A stretch of DNA of 64,000 bases from Octopus vulgaris (taxonomy: Eukaryota). Positions 1 to 13,814 of this stretch are shown piece after piece. The stretch covers positions 48,794,001-48,858,000 of the forward strand of contig OX597831.1 of assembly GCA_951406725.2 (NCBI GenBank), given 5' to 3'. The notes under the pieces are model-generated. The model worked only from the letters and a program-made list of their open reading frames with translations. It was not told the origin of the DNA and searched no databases. Made by a program: the position numbers and the translations under genes. Within the stretch, counting starts at the first letter, position 1. Every line of letters starts with the position of its first letter.

Positions 1-330
1 CGGGTTCAGTCCCACTGCGTGGCACCTTCAGCAAGTGTCTTCTACTATAGCCTCGGGCCAGCCAAAGCTTTGTGAGTGGATTTGGTAGATGGAAACTGAA
101 AGAAGCCCGTTGTATATATGTATATGTATATGTGTGTCTGTTTGTCCCTCCAATATCGTCTGACAACCGATGCTGGTGTGTTTACATCCCCATAACTTAG
201 TGGTTCGGCAAAAGAGACCGATAGAATAAGTACTGGGCTTACAAAGAATAAGTCCTGGGGTCGATGTGCTTGACTAAAGGTGGTGATCCAGCATGGCCAC
301 AGTCAAATGACTGAAACAATTAAAGAGCAA
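1..330 (+). mobile_element. tRNA-derived SINE family A (internal TA/TG microsatellite, AAAAGAG-type tail), 5' end cut by the window edge
   Basis: B-box-like gggttcagtccc and a conserved body (gcaagtgtcttctactatagcc...gatttggtag...gaaactgaaagaagccc, microsatellite, ...cagcatggccacagtcaaatgactgaaacaa). More than 12 copies occur in the window. Confidence 0.85.
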
Positions 331-369
331 AGAGTAGGTCTTAAAAAAAAGGTGGAAGAAGAAACAGGG

Positions 370-630
370 GTGGAGCATCAGCTGTACAGGCAGTGGACTT
401 CAGGAAGCTTGAAAGTTTTGAAGGATGTACTATCTCAACAGCTAACAAGTGATGCAATTAGTTTATTCCATGTTTCAGTAATTATAAGTGTGAAAAAATA
501 TTTCTGAAAGTCATGGATGCTGTGTTGTTTTTTTGATTTTGCAAGCATGTCTGCAAGTGTAAAAAGGTGGCCCAGGTTGTTGTTGGAAAGATGGTGGACA
601 ACCTTGTGGGTGTCTACCAAGTTAGATGCC
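370..630 (-). mobile_element. CR1/L2-type LINE 3' remnant
   Basis: Translates HLF...KKQHSIHDFQKYFFTLIITETWNKLIASLVSC, matching the CR1-clade ORF2 C-terminal FF.R...WN.LP pattern. Homologous to 29640-30020 and 50815-51185. Confidence 0.6.
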
Positions 631-631
631 A

Positions 632-852
632 ATCGTTGGTACCAACCTGGCTAAAACCGCCTCTGGTTCTGTAGTACAAATGTCTTGTTTTCATAAGTAT
701 CAAATTAAAATCTTCCACCAAACCTTAGTCACAATTTATCTTCCTAACACTAACTGAATGATAACTAAGTTATTTTACGAAATTCTTTGTTATATTTAAA
801 ATTAATTGAAAGAAACACAGAGCATCTCAAAATAAATACAGTAACAAAAGGG
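632..852. mobile_element. piggyBac-like MITE (left end degraded)
   Basis: Close homologue of 62057-62277; ends gtaacaaaaggg followed by TTAA (853-856). Confidence 0.6.
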
Positions 853-1269
853 TTAATGTGTCCATGCCCAGGGAAGCATGATGTTCAGGACATGGTAGAT
901 ACCTGATGGTAGGTATTCATTTGATTTAGTGTGCTAGTAAGTTTTCATTAGAAACACTGTTGTTTTAGCTATTGTCAGTTTTGTTTAACACATGGTAAAC
1001 TCTGACCATGTAGACCTAGAGCCCAAGATAACCAAGATATAAGCACAATATTTTCTTTCATTTTGTTTATATTAAAAGGCATGTCTGTGTAGGCTCAGGT
1101 GTGGATGTGGACATATGACTCTATAGTTAAGAAACTCTCTTCTCAACTACATGGTTCCAGGTTCAATCCTATCACGAGGCAACTTGGTAAACTGTCTTCT
1201 ACTGTAGCCCCTGAGCTGACCAAAGCCTTATGAGTGGATTTTGCAGACGGAAACAGAAAGAATCCCATC

Positions 1270-1320
<51 letters not shown>

Positions 1321-1935
1321 GGTGTCTTCTTGTTTCCACATTGCATAATAGTTGTAAATGAGTGTCACTGTCATACAAGCAGTGTCCTTCATTTCCAATA
1401 TTCTGTAAAAACACGTAGAGCCATGGGGAAATATTACCTTACTAAGAAACAGGTGATGGTTGACAACAGGAAGGGCATCCAGGCATTGAAAAATCAGTCT
1501 CAACAAATTCCATCTGACCCATGCAAGTAAAGAAAAGTGGATGTTAAAATGACGATGAGAGAGTGTAAGGAGGAGGAGAAGGCTGCGGGGAAAATGGATG
1601 TGAGTGGAGAGAGTAGGAGGATATCAAGAAACTACTATTGTCCAATGTATCAATGGTTACCAATATAGAATATGATATGAGGGAGACTTGATTGCTGTTT
1701 CTAATAGACCAAGCAACAACATGTAGACTTTTTTGTTGCACCATGTTATTATTACTTAATTCCTGGTATATCAGCTACAAATGAGCCAACCTATAATTAA
1801 AGACATTCTAACCAAACCCATCATGGAGTGTCTAGGACCACATTATTTAAAGCAGTGGTTCCCAGCCATATTTTGCCTATGGATCTCTTTGATACACCAT
1901 TCAGTGTATATTTTTAAAATCCTACAGTATTTATA

Positions 1936-2481
1936 CGGGGTGGCCCAAAAGTAGGTTTACAGTTATTCAACTATCTCTTTCACATTCATATATTAACAGT
2001 TTAGAACTGTTCTTTCAGCAAGATGGAACACCTCCACATTATGCGTTGACAGTAAGAGACTACCTTAACCAAGCCTTTCCACAGCGTTGGTTTGGAAGAC
2101 AGGGTGGCATCAAATGGCTACCATGTTCACCTGACCTGACACCAATGGATTTCTGTTTTTGAGGTGTTGTAAAGAACAAGGTTTATGAGAAGAATCCCAA
2201 AACAGTAAATTGATTAAGAGATGACATTTCTGATGTATTCACTGAAATTGATGGAGATCGGAATTTGTGCCGCACTGTATGTCAGAGTGTTCTGAAGAGG
2301 TTTGAAGAATGTTGCAATGTTGAAGGAGGACATTTTGAGCATCTGAGAGATTAAGCATTGTCTATTTAAGATGTGCATAAACAATGTGATTGTAAGATAG
2401 AAATTTAAATGTAATAAAATGTTTTAAAAGAAATTTAAAGTGCCTACATGATAACTGTGAACCTACTTTTGGGCCACCCTG
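1936..2481 (+). mobile_element. Internally deleted Tc1/mariner DD41D (rosa/Visitor-type) element with decayed transposase C-terminus
   Basis: TIRs c(g/a)gggtggcccaaaagtaggtt.acagtt at both ends, with TA on the left. 2001-2354 translates FQQDGTPPHY...WLPCSPDLTPMDFCF*G...GGHFEHL; 41 residues separate the second and third Asp; two in-frame stops. Confidence 0.9.
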
Positions 2482-2539
2482 TTTAATTAAATATTATTAG
2501 CCATTGTGTAAAAAAATTGTTAAAATATTTTGTGTATTG

Positions 2540-2960
2540 TGGGCGTGGCTGTGTGGTAAGACGCTCGCTCCCCAACCACATGGTTCCGGGTTCAGTTCCA
2601 CTGTGTGGCACTTTGGGCAAGCATCTTCTACTATAGCCTTGGGCCAACCAATGCCTTATGAGTGGATTTGGTAGGCAGAAACTGAAAGAAGACAGTTGTG
2701 TAGAGATGTATATATATATGTATATATGTATGTGTATATGTATCTATGTGTGTGTTTGTGTCTGTTTGTTTCCCCACCATCACTTAACAACCGATGTTAG
2801 TATGTTTATGTCCCTGTAACTTTGTGGTTAAGCAAAAGAGAGCGATATGATAAGTACTAGGCTTACAAAGAATAAGTCCTGAGGTCAATTTCTTCAACTA
2901 AAACCCTTTAAGGTAGTACTCCAGCATGGCCACAGTCTAATCACCAAAACAAGAAAAAGG
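2540..2960 (+). mobile_element. SINE family A, full length
   Basis: A-box gtggctgtgtggtaag, B-box ggttcagttcc, full body and tail. Confidence 0.85.
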
Positions 2961-3120
2961 AAGAATAAAAAAAAACAAAGTAAAAGCAATTTATTGCACA
3001 TAAATTTTAACATTTTACATGGATTGTGATCCCCCCCACCAACCAAGGACCATATGGAGTGCGGTTGAGAACCACTGATCTAAAGCAACCCTATTTTTAA
3101 CAGGTTGAACAACCCCATAC

Positions 3121-3198
3121 AGCCTCTCTCATCAGCTTATCCCATTCACTGTCCAAGACTTTGAAAATGCCATGTGCTTTCATTGAAGATGTCAAGGG
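3121..3198 (-). CDS. Candidate 78-nt internal exon of an unidentified - strand gene (PLTSSMKAHGIFKVLDSEWDKLMREA)
   Basis: Strong acceptor tttttttttcttctgtag, donor gtatgg, length divisible by 3, one open frame, apparently non-repetitive. No homology confirmed. Confidence 0.3.
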
Positions 3199-3780
3199 CT
3201 ACAGAAGAAAAAAAAATTGATGTTTGTATGTGATAAAAGATGTCAGAAAGCCCTGGCACATTTTTTTCTTTTTAATTAAATCTTCTCAAACGCAACAGAC
3301 TTAAATCATGCCCTTTAATTAAACGCAGTTGAATTCAATTAAATTGCATTTAATTAAATACAATTTCATATCTTTCTTTTCACTCAGTTTTCTGGTTGAC
3401 TTCAATTAAGTTAATTGAAATATGCTAGCATTTGCATAAATTTTTCAAGGTAATTTCGTTCCAGGCAGATACCCTTCTTCTTAACACCAAATGCCAAAAA
3501 ATTATTTAAGAACTGAGTGGAACAAATGAAGTAATTCAAGGAGTGATGGTAACACATTTCATAGAACCTGAACTCATGATCTCTGAGTTCTGAGTTAAAC
3601 ACCTTTGCTTCACAGCTGTCATGTTTCATTTTCATTTATTATAATTATTTTCAGTCCCAGAGTGATGCTATCAAAGTTTATTAATGGTGAAGTGGGGAGT
3701 ACACGGAAACAGTTTTCATGTTTGGAAAAATGATATTTGTGTCTGTTCCAAAACTGCAGTAAATTTCTGATATGTAGTGC

Positions 3781-4003
3781 TACTCTTTACTCTTGCTCTT
3801 TTTACTTGTTTCAGTCATTTGACTGCAGCCATACTGGAGCACCACCTTTAGTCGAGCAAATTGACCCCAGGACTTATTCTTTGTAAGCCTAGTACTTATT
3901 CTATCAGTCTCTTTTGCCAAATCGCTAAGTGACCGGTACATAAACATACCAGCATCAGTTGTCAAGCAACGCTATGGGGGGGCAAACACAGACACACAAG
4001 CAT

Positions 4004-4058
<55 letters not shown>

Positions 4059-4208
4059 TACGATGGGCTTCTTTGAGTTTCCGTCTACAAAATCCACTTG
4101 CAAGGCTTTGGTCGGCCCAAGGCTATAGTAGAAGACACTTGCCCAAGTGAGACTGAACCTGGAACCATGTGGTTGGTAAGCAAGCTACTTACCACACAGC
4201 CACTCCTG
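3781..4208 (-). mobile_element. SINE family A
   Basis: Reverse-complement full copy with internal (CA)/(TA) tract. Confidence 0.85.
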
Positions 4209-4672
4209 TGTCTATATGCTGTTCATAATAATAATAATATTCTTTCCTATTTTTTTTTGCACAAGGCCAGCAAAATTTAGGGGAGGGGGATGCCAATTAC
4301 ATTGTCCCCACTGATCAGTTGATCAATAAGTACTTGCTTCATAAACCCTTTTTAAGCCTAGTATTTATTCTATCCATCCCTTTTGCTGAACTGCTAGATT
4401 ACAGGGGACACCTGTGCTTATACATAAAATTTTTATAATAATAATAATGACAGTTCTTTCTAATATGGGTACAATGCCTGAAATTTGGGGCTGGGGGTTA
4501 GTTGATTACATTGACTCGCAATGCTCAACTGTTATTTATTTTATTGACTCACAAAGGATGAAAGGTAAAGTGGAATTTAAATGGTGGAATTTAAACTCAG
4601 AATAGAAACTGGAAGAAATGCTGCTCAGCATTTTGTCCAGCATACTAACAATTATACCAGAATACAAGTTTA

Positions 4673-4727
<55 letters not shown>

Positions 4728-5273
4728 TGCCCTGATGCAGTACCAGACAGTAGCTCTCATGGCTTCTGATCTTAACTGATTGGAAGTGTTATCATGTACA
4801 TTCTTTTGGCTTGGTATAAAAGATGGGCTACAGCAAATATTCTGCTCAATACCACAGATTTACTTGTCAGTTGTTTGATCTTAACCAGTTGACCATGTCC
4901 CTTAGTGGCTGACGATATCTGCATCTCTGATCACAAGCAGAAGTAGTGGGGGAGTATCATAGCCATGTGTTGAGAGGGATTCTTTGGGATTTGAATAATT
5001 CACCTCCAGAAACATGGCTGTTTTGTTCAACATCCTTAAACAAGCCTTATTCAGGGACCTTTTGAGTGGGATGGGTTACTCAACCAGAAGAAAATTCTAA
5101 CTGGGCCCCACCTGCAAGGTCATGTGCTGTTTATCTTGATATGAGATCACCATGTCGCGCACATATGGTTGTGATGCATGTGCCTGGTGTACCCTTATCA
5201 GATGGGTAGTCATGATGGGCTTCGTATATTTTACCCCAGTGTCACTTTGATGGCATGCACTGCTCTCGCACTC
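4728..5273 (+). mobile_element. About 545-bp (AAT)n-embedded interspersed repeat (retroelement-like; copies at 51642-52178 and 55428-55936 on -)
   Basis: Three alignable copies share the 3' end ...ctctc.cactc(aat)n and are flanked by AAT arrays. Confidence 0.75.
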
Positions 5274-5299
5274 AATAATAATAATAATAATAATAATAA

Positions 5300-5752
5300 T
5301 CCTTTCTAGTAAAGACACAAGGCCTGAAATTATGAGAAGGAACTAGTCGACTACATCAACCCCAGTGTTTTACTGGTACTTAATTTATCATTTCCAACAG
5401 GATGAAAAGCAAAGTCGACCTCAGTGGAATTTGAACTCAGAACATAGTGACGAGTGAAATATTGCTAAGCATTTCATCCAGTATGCTAACAATTCTGCCA
5501 GTTCATTGCCTTGGTAATAATAATAATAATAATGTTCCTTTCTGCTATAGAAACAAGGCCTGAATTTTGTAGGGTGGGACTAAGTTGATTGCATCAACCC
5601 CAGTGCTCAATTAGTTCTTATTTTATCAACCCTGAAAGGATGAAAGGAAAAGTCAACCTTGGCATAATTTGAATTCAGAACGTAGTAGTGGACAAAAAAA
5701 TCACTAAGCATTTCATCCAGCATGCTAGCGATTCTGCCAGCTTGCCTCCTTG

Positions 5753-5791
<39 letters not shown>

Positions 5792-5885
5792 GTTTCAAAT
5801 TTTGTCACAAGGGCAATAATTGAGGGGAAGGGGATGAGTCGATTACAGTAACCAAGTGTTCAAGTAGTACTTATTTTATCAACCC
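5300..5885 (-). mobile_element. Tandem cluster of SINE family B ((AAT)n tail)
   Basis: Repeated core gcctttcatcctttc.gggtcgataaattaagtacc and tRNA-like head ggc.agctggcagaa...gagttcaaattcc, separated by AAT arrays. Confidence 0.75.
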
Positions 5886-7261
5886 CAATAATAATGATAA
5901 TAATAATAATAATAATGAAATCATACTTGTGGCCAGTACCTGCAACATGGGAAAGGCACCCGTGCTGCTGCTGCTGCTGGTGGGGGGGGGGTGATGATGA
6001 TGAATTGTTCCTAATTTAAGCTAGAAGTTTGGAGTGGTGAAGGGGGTTAATTGATATCATCACCCCCTACACTTGACTGGTACTATATTTCCTTGGTACT
6101 AAAAGGATGAAAAGCAAAGCTCACTTTAGCAGGATTTGAACTCAGGATGTGAAAACCTGAGATAAAAAGTAGAGGTTTAAGTCCTTCTCTGAGCATGAAG
6201 GACCATCTAGGATTGTGAGGACCAGTGGGCTGACCAGAGGAGAGGCAGTATATATTGCATGTCACTTGATGGAGGGTACTACCTCAACGCAGTCTTTGAG
6301 CCTGAACATGCATTCCACAGTTGACGAAGCACTAAAACAACACAAGAAACAACATAACACAAAGCACATATCAAAAACAAAACTGAAGTCGTAAATAAAC
6401 ACAATTCTGACATTCCCGAAAGACAATATTGCACACAGCTCAGAAACACAGAAGCACATCTGGTAGAGCACTAGAAATTTGTATGAAACTCTTGAGATAA
6501 TATTGTTAAAAAGATAATTTCAAACAACAAATTTTTTTCTTTTTTATAAGTTCATTTGGTTTTTCAAGAATTTTAATTAATACATTTCTCATTTTCTTTT
6601 TTGGTTATTTTAAAATTTTGTCTTTATTGCATTACTAAGCAGAATTTTAATTTTCAAATCAACATTTAAAAGACTACATTTCAATAACAGTTTTGTTATG
6701 GAGTTGATTTAATTGTCACAAGAGAAAAAGTAGTTTAAGAATGCACTTCTCACTAGCCAGAAAGCTCAACAAACTCTTAAGACGAGGGTTATAAAATTTG
6801 ATAAAATTTAATAAAATTAAATAAAATAAGACTCTGGAAATGAGTTCTAAACATTTTGAATCGCAAAATTATCATCAATAGATGGATAATAATTACTATA
6901 TCAGTTCTACTGATTCTGAAATGTTTTTTTAGGAAAGTTCAATTATCATTAAAACTATAATTTGAAAACTTTTAACAAATAGATGCTACTCAATAATGAA
7001 ATTTCTGTCACTGGTAATTGATAAACAACCTTCCACATAGCAGACACTAGCAGACTCTATACCATCAAAATCATTTAACATTCACTTTTCTAAGCCTGCA
7101 TGGATCAGATGGAATTTGCTGAGGAAGATTTCTTGTGGCCAGATTCCCTTTATGCCACCAAACTTCACCTGTTTCCAAGACTGAAAATGAATGACATACT
7201 CATTTGCAATCATGTGTTGTCAAGACAAAACTATACAGACACACACATGCACACACACACA

Positions 7262-7690
7262 TGTGTGAACGAGGACAGCTGTGTAAAGAAGGGTCAATCT
7301 CTAACTGTGGAGGGAACTTGTGGAAAGGTAGACCAAGGCAGACGTGAGATGAGGTGGCGAAGCATGATTTTCAGACGTTGGACCTCATAGAGGCAATGAC
7401 AAGTGACTGAGACCTTTGGCAATATGCTGTGCTTGAGAAGACTTGCCAAACCAAACGAAATCGTAGTCATGGCCGATGTTGGTGTCACATAACTGGCACC
7501 CGTGCCAGTGGTACATAAGAGCACCCATGCTGGTGGTGTGTAAAAAAAAGCACCCATTTACACACTTGGTGTGGTTGGCATTAGAAAGGGTGTCCAGCAG
7601 TAGAAGCTATGCCAAATCAGACTGGAACCTGGTGCGGCTCTCTAGCATACCAGTTCCAGTTAAACCATCTGACTCATGCCAGCATGATAA
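7262..7690 (+). mobile_element. RTE-type LINE 3' end (ORF C-terminus plus 3'UTR)
   Basis: Translates GRPRQT*DEVAKHDFQTLDLIEAMTSD*DLWQYAV, the RTE GRP..TW...D...WR motif, followed by the shared ggttggcattagaaagg...catgccagcatg tail. Confidence 0.7.
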
Positions 7691-10466
7691 TGATACCTGT
7701 TGCTTGATTGGGTCATTGGTGACTAAACAAGCATCCCAACTAGGTTTGCCAGGTGAGAAACTCAGCAGTACTAAGAACAAGACCTGTCAAAAGGACAGAT
7801 GAACTTAGTATAGGTCCAATGGCTGTCTAGGAATAGCAGGGGCCTCAGAAATTCTGGGTTAGCATTTGACATGATAGAAGACCACTGTGATGGAGAAACC
7901 CCTTAGCTTTTGTGTGTGTGTGTGTGTGTGTGTCCAACAACGGGTTTGTTTATGTCCCCATAGCTGAGCGACTTGATAAAAGAGACTGATAGCAAAAGAG
8001 ACTGAATAAGCACCAGCATTAAAACAAAAAAAGCACTGGGGTCAATTTGTTCAACTAAAAAGTCTTCAAGGCGATGCCCCAACATGGCCACAGTCAAATG
8101 ACTGAAACAAGTAAAAGATGAAAAGACAAAATAATAAAATGGAACAATCTATTTCACTGTGAGGAAGGAGAGAAGTCTAACATTTTACAGAAGGTACTTC
8201 ACTTTCAGACATATAAACGTTTGACCTAAAGATTGTCTAATTTTTTTCACTTGTGAAATGACTATTTCATTAAATATCCATGAATTTTTTTATGTTGCAA
8301 CATGTCTTAGCCTTTCAACTTTTAAACATTGACATTACTGCAAGAGAATCGATCAAAATTATCAGACAACCATAAAAATTTAATCTAAACTTCTAATTAA
8401 GATAATATGTTTCCTAAAAAGTAAGGGGATTGAATTGCAGGTGACTTTCAAACACTTTTTTTTTAACTCTTAATCAGTGATATACAGGACAAACCATTGG
8501 GAATTTGTTGTAATTTTAGATAAATACAAATGTCAAAATATGTATTTTTTTTTTGTAAATAAATATTCAGTTGGTTGGCAGAATAGGCATATCATCATCA
8601 TCATCGTCATCATCGTCAGTTTAGCATCCACTTTTCCATGTTTGCATGGATCAGATGGAATTTTTTACATATATGTAAGTCTGTGTATGTGTGTGTATGT
8701 GTGTATGTATGTATGTATGTATGTATGTATGTATGTATGTATGTATGTATCCATCCATCCATCCATACATCCATCCTTCCATCCATACATCCATCCATCT
8801 GTCTTTGGTCAGCCCTGGATTATAGTAGAAGACACTTGTTCAAGGTGCCATACAGTAGAATTAAGTCTTGAAAGCAAACTTTTCAGCCATGTTACCACGT
8901 CTGTGCCAGCCATCATACAAAATGCTTAGAGTAGAAGTTTTGGGACTTTAACCATTATCATGCTACCTCGGGCCATGTTCCTTCCCTCAGCATGTGGCTC
9001 TTAATGATATCATTACATGTGGTTTGGATGCTGCCAGATTCCCACTACATCGAGATCTTCTCATTTCAGGTTATAAATCTCAAATTTTAGAGGTGACCGG
9101 CTACAATACTTACTTTAGTGGCAAGCTGGAAATATAGGAATTAAACACAGGCTTTCACCAAACAAGCCTCAAATCCTAAACTGACAAAGTATTGGCTGCT
9201 CCGACTGTTCTCTGATAGGTTTCTTTTCAAACGTATAGCAGTGGAGACATTAAGTATTGTGGGTCCCTAAACAACCTCCCTACTCAGTCTGATTCCATAG
9301 GAATTCCTAGGAATAAACCCAGCAAGCTAGAATGCCTTTCTCGTCACATCCCTCTCACTATTTGGGGGGTAATATATTTGCTATTTTCTTCAACAAGACT
9401 ACAAAATAAATCCTAAACATATAAAGAAAAATGTATATTTATTATGCCAATAATAAACATGCAATCCGATTCTTTATTGTTTTATTATTATTAATCAATA
9501 GAAGGCAGTGAGCTGGCAGAATCATTAGCATGCTGGACAAATGTTTAGCATTGTTTCACCTGTCACTACATTCTGAGTTCAAATTCTACCAAGGTCGACT
9601 TGGCCTTTCATCCTTTTCGAGTTGATAAATTAAGTACCAGTGAAACACTAGGGTCAATGTAGTCAACTAGTCCCTTCCCAAAAAATTTCAGGCCTTGTGC
9701 CTTCAGTAGAAAGGATTATTATTAATCAATAGGTTGACTTTTTAACCAATTAACTAATCGGCTGTTTGATTTATTATTCAGTCAAGCAATCAGTCAGCTA
9801 GGTTTTTGAAAGTTCTCTTATTTCCGTCTGTGACCTCATCAATGACATGCCCCCCTCTACTCGAAGTTTGTTTCAGGTCTGTCTGAAAGTAGAACCAATG
9901 TTTATTATTAACATAAAGACCCTCCAGAGATACAACAAAATCTGTTTCAACTCATGAGTTCACACCAAGAATCTTGCAAACCAGATAACAAAATTGAATC
10001 ATCATCATCATCATCATTTAATATCTGTTTTCCATGCTGGCATGGGTTAGATAGTACAACATGGAGCTGGCTAGGTTCCAATCGTCCAATCGTCTGTTTT
10101 GGCATGGTTCCTACAGATGGATGCCCTTCTTAACAACATCCCATGTTACAGAGCATGCTGGGTGCATTTTATATGACACTGGCACCTGTAAAGGACATAC
10201 CTGTATGTATGGATGACTGTGATCTTAGCTCAACAAATAAAATCTTCTCAAGTACAGTAAATTGCCACAACTTCCAGCCTCTTGTCATTTTCTCGGTGAG
10301 GCCCAGCACCTGAAATTCCTTTCTCACTATTTCATCAACCTCTTGCACAGGTACACTCCACAATTAATGAGCAACACTTCTTTAAACAGCTGTCCTCTTC
10401 TGTACACAAAAAACAAAATTGTTTACGCACAGGTGTGGCTGTATAGTAAGAAAAAAAAAAAAAAAG

Positions 10467-10940
10467 ACAGCGAGCTGGCAGAAACGTTAGCATGCAGAGC
10501 GAAATGCTTAGTGGTATTTCGTCTGCCACTACGTTCTGAGTTCAAGTTCCACCGAGGTCGACTTTGCCTTTCATCCTTTCGGGGTCAATAAATTAAGTAC
10601 CTATTTCTTTACTACCCACAAGGGGCTAAATACAGAGAAGACAAACAAGGACAGACAAACGGATTAAGTCGATTATATCAACCCCCAGTGCATAACTGGT
10701 ACTTATTTTAATCGACCCCGAAAGGATGAAAGGCAAAATCGACCTCAGCGGAATTTGAACTCATAACGAAACGGCAGATGAAATACTGCTAAGCGTTTCG
10801 CCCGGCGTGCTAACATTTCTACCAGCTCGCCGCCATAATAAATTAAGTAACAGTTATGCATGGGGGTAGATGTAATCAACTTAATCCATTTGTCTCTCGT
10901 TGTTTGTCCCCTCTGTTTAGCCCCTTGTGGGCAATAAAGA
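10467..10940. mobile_element. SINE family B copy with an oppositely oriented B copy inserted in it
   Basis: + head at 10467-10600, - copy at about 10600-10853, + continuation at 10855-10940. Confidence 0.7.
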
Positions 10941-11953
10941 AATAAGAAGCTTGCTTCCCAACCCCATGGTTCCAGATTCAGTTTCACTGCCTGGCCCCTT
11001 GGACAAGTGTCTTCTACTATAACCTCAGGCTGAGCAAAGCCTTGTGAGTGGATTTGGTGGGCGTAAACTGAAATCCCATCGTGTGTGTGTATGTGTGTTT
11101 GTGTCTGGGATTGTACAACCACCACCACTTGACATCCCCATAACTTATCAGTTCAGTGAAAGAGACCGAGAGAAAAAGTACCAGGCTTTAAAAAAATAGG
11201 TCCTGGGGTCAATTTTTTCAACTAAAAGTAGTGCCCTAGCATGGCCACAGTCAAATAACTGAAATGAGTAAAAGAAAAGATAAGAGAATAGCATTTCATT
11301 ACTATCCTTCATATTGTAAAATTCAAATCCTGTTGAGTACAACATTCCTTTTCATACTTTTGATGGTCAATGAAATAAAGTACAAGTCAAACACTGGCGA
11401 TGCTATAATCTACTATTCTCTAATAAACTCCTAAATATGCAGACCAATACTTTTGGTAGAAATCAATAATCATTAAATTAATTAGATTTAATGGAACAAA
11501 TTCAGTCTCACTAAAATTTTTTTTTTTATCCAAATATTAATGCAAAAAAGCACTAATGGTTTGTCCTCGAGTCTAAAACCTCTCCCTCCAATAAATAGTG
11601 ACATCACCTGACGAGTGGTATTAGTACTTTAAAAAGATTTAAAATAATTCCTATGGGTTATTCTTTGGTCATTAGAATTACCATAATATGTACTACATTG
11701 ATGTTTTAATGTCATTATTCACTTACTGACTGACTCACGCAGAACATGACATTGTGTTTGTCAATAGCTATACTGCTACCACAGTTACTTTCGCTACTGC
11801 TACTAATGCTACTGTTAGTATTAGTACTAATGCTACTATTACTATTAGTAGCGGTAGCTACTAATGCTACTACTACTATAACCACCATCACTGCCACTAC
11901 TACAAGGAATTTTGTTCACATTTTCTGTCTGGCATAGTCCTAAATCTATTCTA

Positions 11954-11992
<39 letters not shown>

Positions 11993-12444
11993 CAAAGCAC
12001 ATCTGCAACGAGAGAATCCTTTAATTAGATAGGTCACTTGAAATACTAGCAATAGCAACTATTACAGCTGGGTCTTACTCAAACCACTGCTTGCATTCTT
12101 GAACAAAGAAAAAGACATCTTAAATGATGTAATTCAACATAACCTTATAACAAACTGGATGGTTACACCTGGAATGGTTTTCAATTAAATGTCTGCTTTC
12201 TCAAGATTGACCTGTAATTAAACAACTGCTAAACAGTTCCATAAACTGTTGCTAGGTAACCAAATGCAAAAACCTTTACAAGCCAAAATGATTACCAATT
12301 CTAAAGACAGTTTTGATTTTGCCATCAAACTGAATTGTTCCTTTAACTCATTATTCTTTGCCTTCATTCTCACTCTCTTCCTCTGTCTCTGTCTTCATAT
12401 ATATATATTCTCTCTCTCTCTCTCTCACGCTCTCTCTCTCTCTC

Positions 12445-12478
<34 letters not shown>

Positions 12479-12910
12479 ACTGGGTAACATTGTACCTCCT
12501 TTACAGTAAAACACTTGTTTCTGTCTCTCTGTCTCACTACAACCTTTCATCATCTGACACAAGATCACCTCCTCCAATGTCTCCCTCCCTTCTCAAAATA
12601 TTTTTGTCTTGCAAGTTACTCAGGGACTCTATCAGTGCAGGTGCCACTTAAAAAGCATCCAGTCCACACTGTAAAGTGGTTGGCATTTGGAAAGGCATCC
12701 AGCTGTAAAGACCTTGCCTGTGCTTTTGCACAGTCCACTCTGCTGGGTGGTTGTTGTTTGGAAGGGCATCCAGCTGTAAAAACCCTGTCAAAAACAGACA
12801 CAGAAATCAAGTGCAGGCTTTTGCCTGGCTGTCCCCTGTCAGACCATCCCAACTATGCTAGCATGGAAGGCGGACGCTAAATGATGATGATGATGAAGAT
12901 GATGAAGATG

Positions 12911-13208
<298 letters not shown>

Positions 13209-13635
13209 TTATAATGCATAAAAATACATCAAAAGGGTATATAATAAATACAGACAACTTGCTTTACTGATTTTCACATTCTTCTTCATTATTATACTTA
13301 CGGTCACTTCTGTATAACTATTTTATAAATGCTTTGATGCTATTAACAACTGTCTGTCCATCTTTTATCTCATGATATATAATATCATAATATAGATATA
13401 CATACACACACCAACACTGACACACACACACACACACGCGCACACATAGTATGTATATAAAAGTTCCTATTTTATTATACCAGCTACATCCTAATGATAC
13501 CAACTAGCAATTGTAGTTTTATGGGGTTGTACCAAGCTGTGCCGATGAGGAAATGAACACATGAATATGATCCACCCAATGTTCATGGATATCACAGTCT
13601 GTATTGTAGTCATCCCAGGAATACAGATCTATCTA

Positions 13636-13672
<37 letters not shown>

Positions 13673-13774
13673 ACCGACCAGACCATCAGATGTTGCTACA
13701 CATCGCTGGTCACAATGCGTTTTGCATTGTTTTAGCCTTCGAACGACGCCACCCCGCTGGCTAATCGAGCAGGC

Positions 13775-13814
<40 letters not shown>

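Larger units (their letters stand above)
1853..3077. mobile_element. hAT (Charlie-type) MITE carrying two nested insertions
   Basis: TIRs cagtggttcccagcc / ggttgagaaccactg; 8-bp TSD atttaaag (1845-1852) vs atctaaag (3078-3085). Confidence 0.8.

Noticed and set aside
9789-9881. Possible terminal minus-strand exon (TDLKQTSSRGGHVIDEVTDGNKRTFKNLAD*)
   Set aside because: No recognisable homology, and it is adjacent to a repeat fragment also present near 45290-45370.
11588-11620. CTGACGA hammerhead core
   Set aside because: No downstream GAAA or stem I/III partner.
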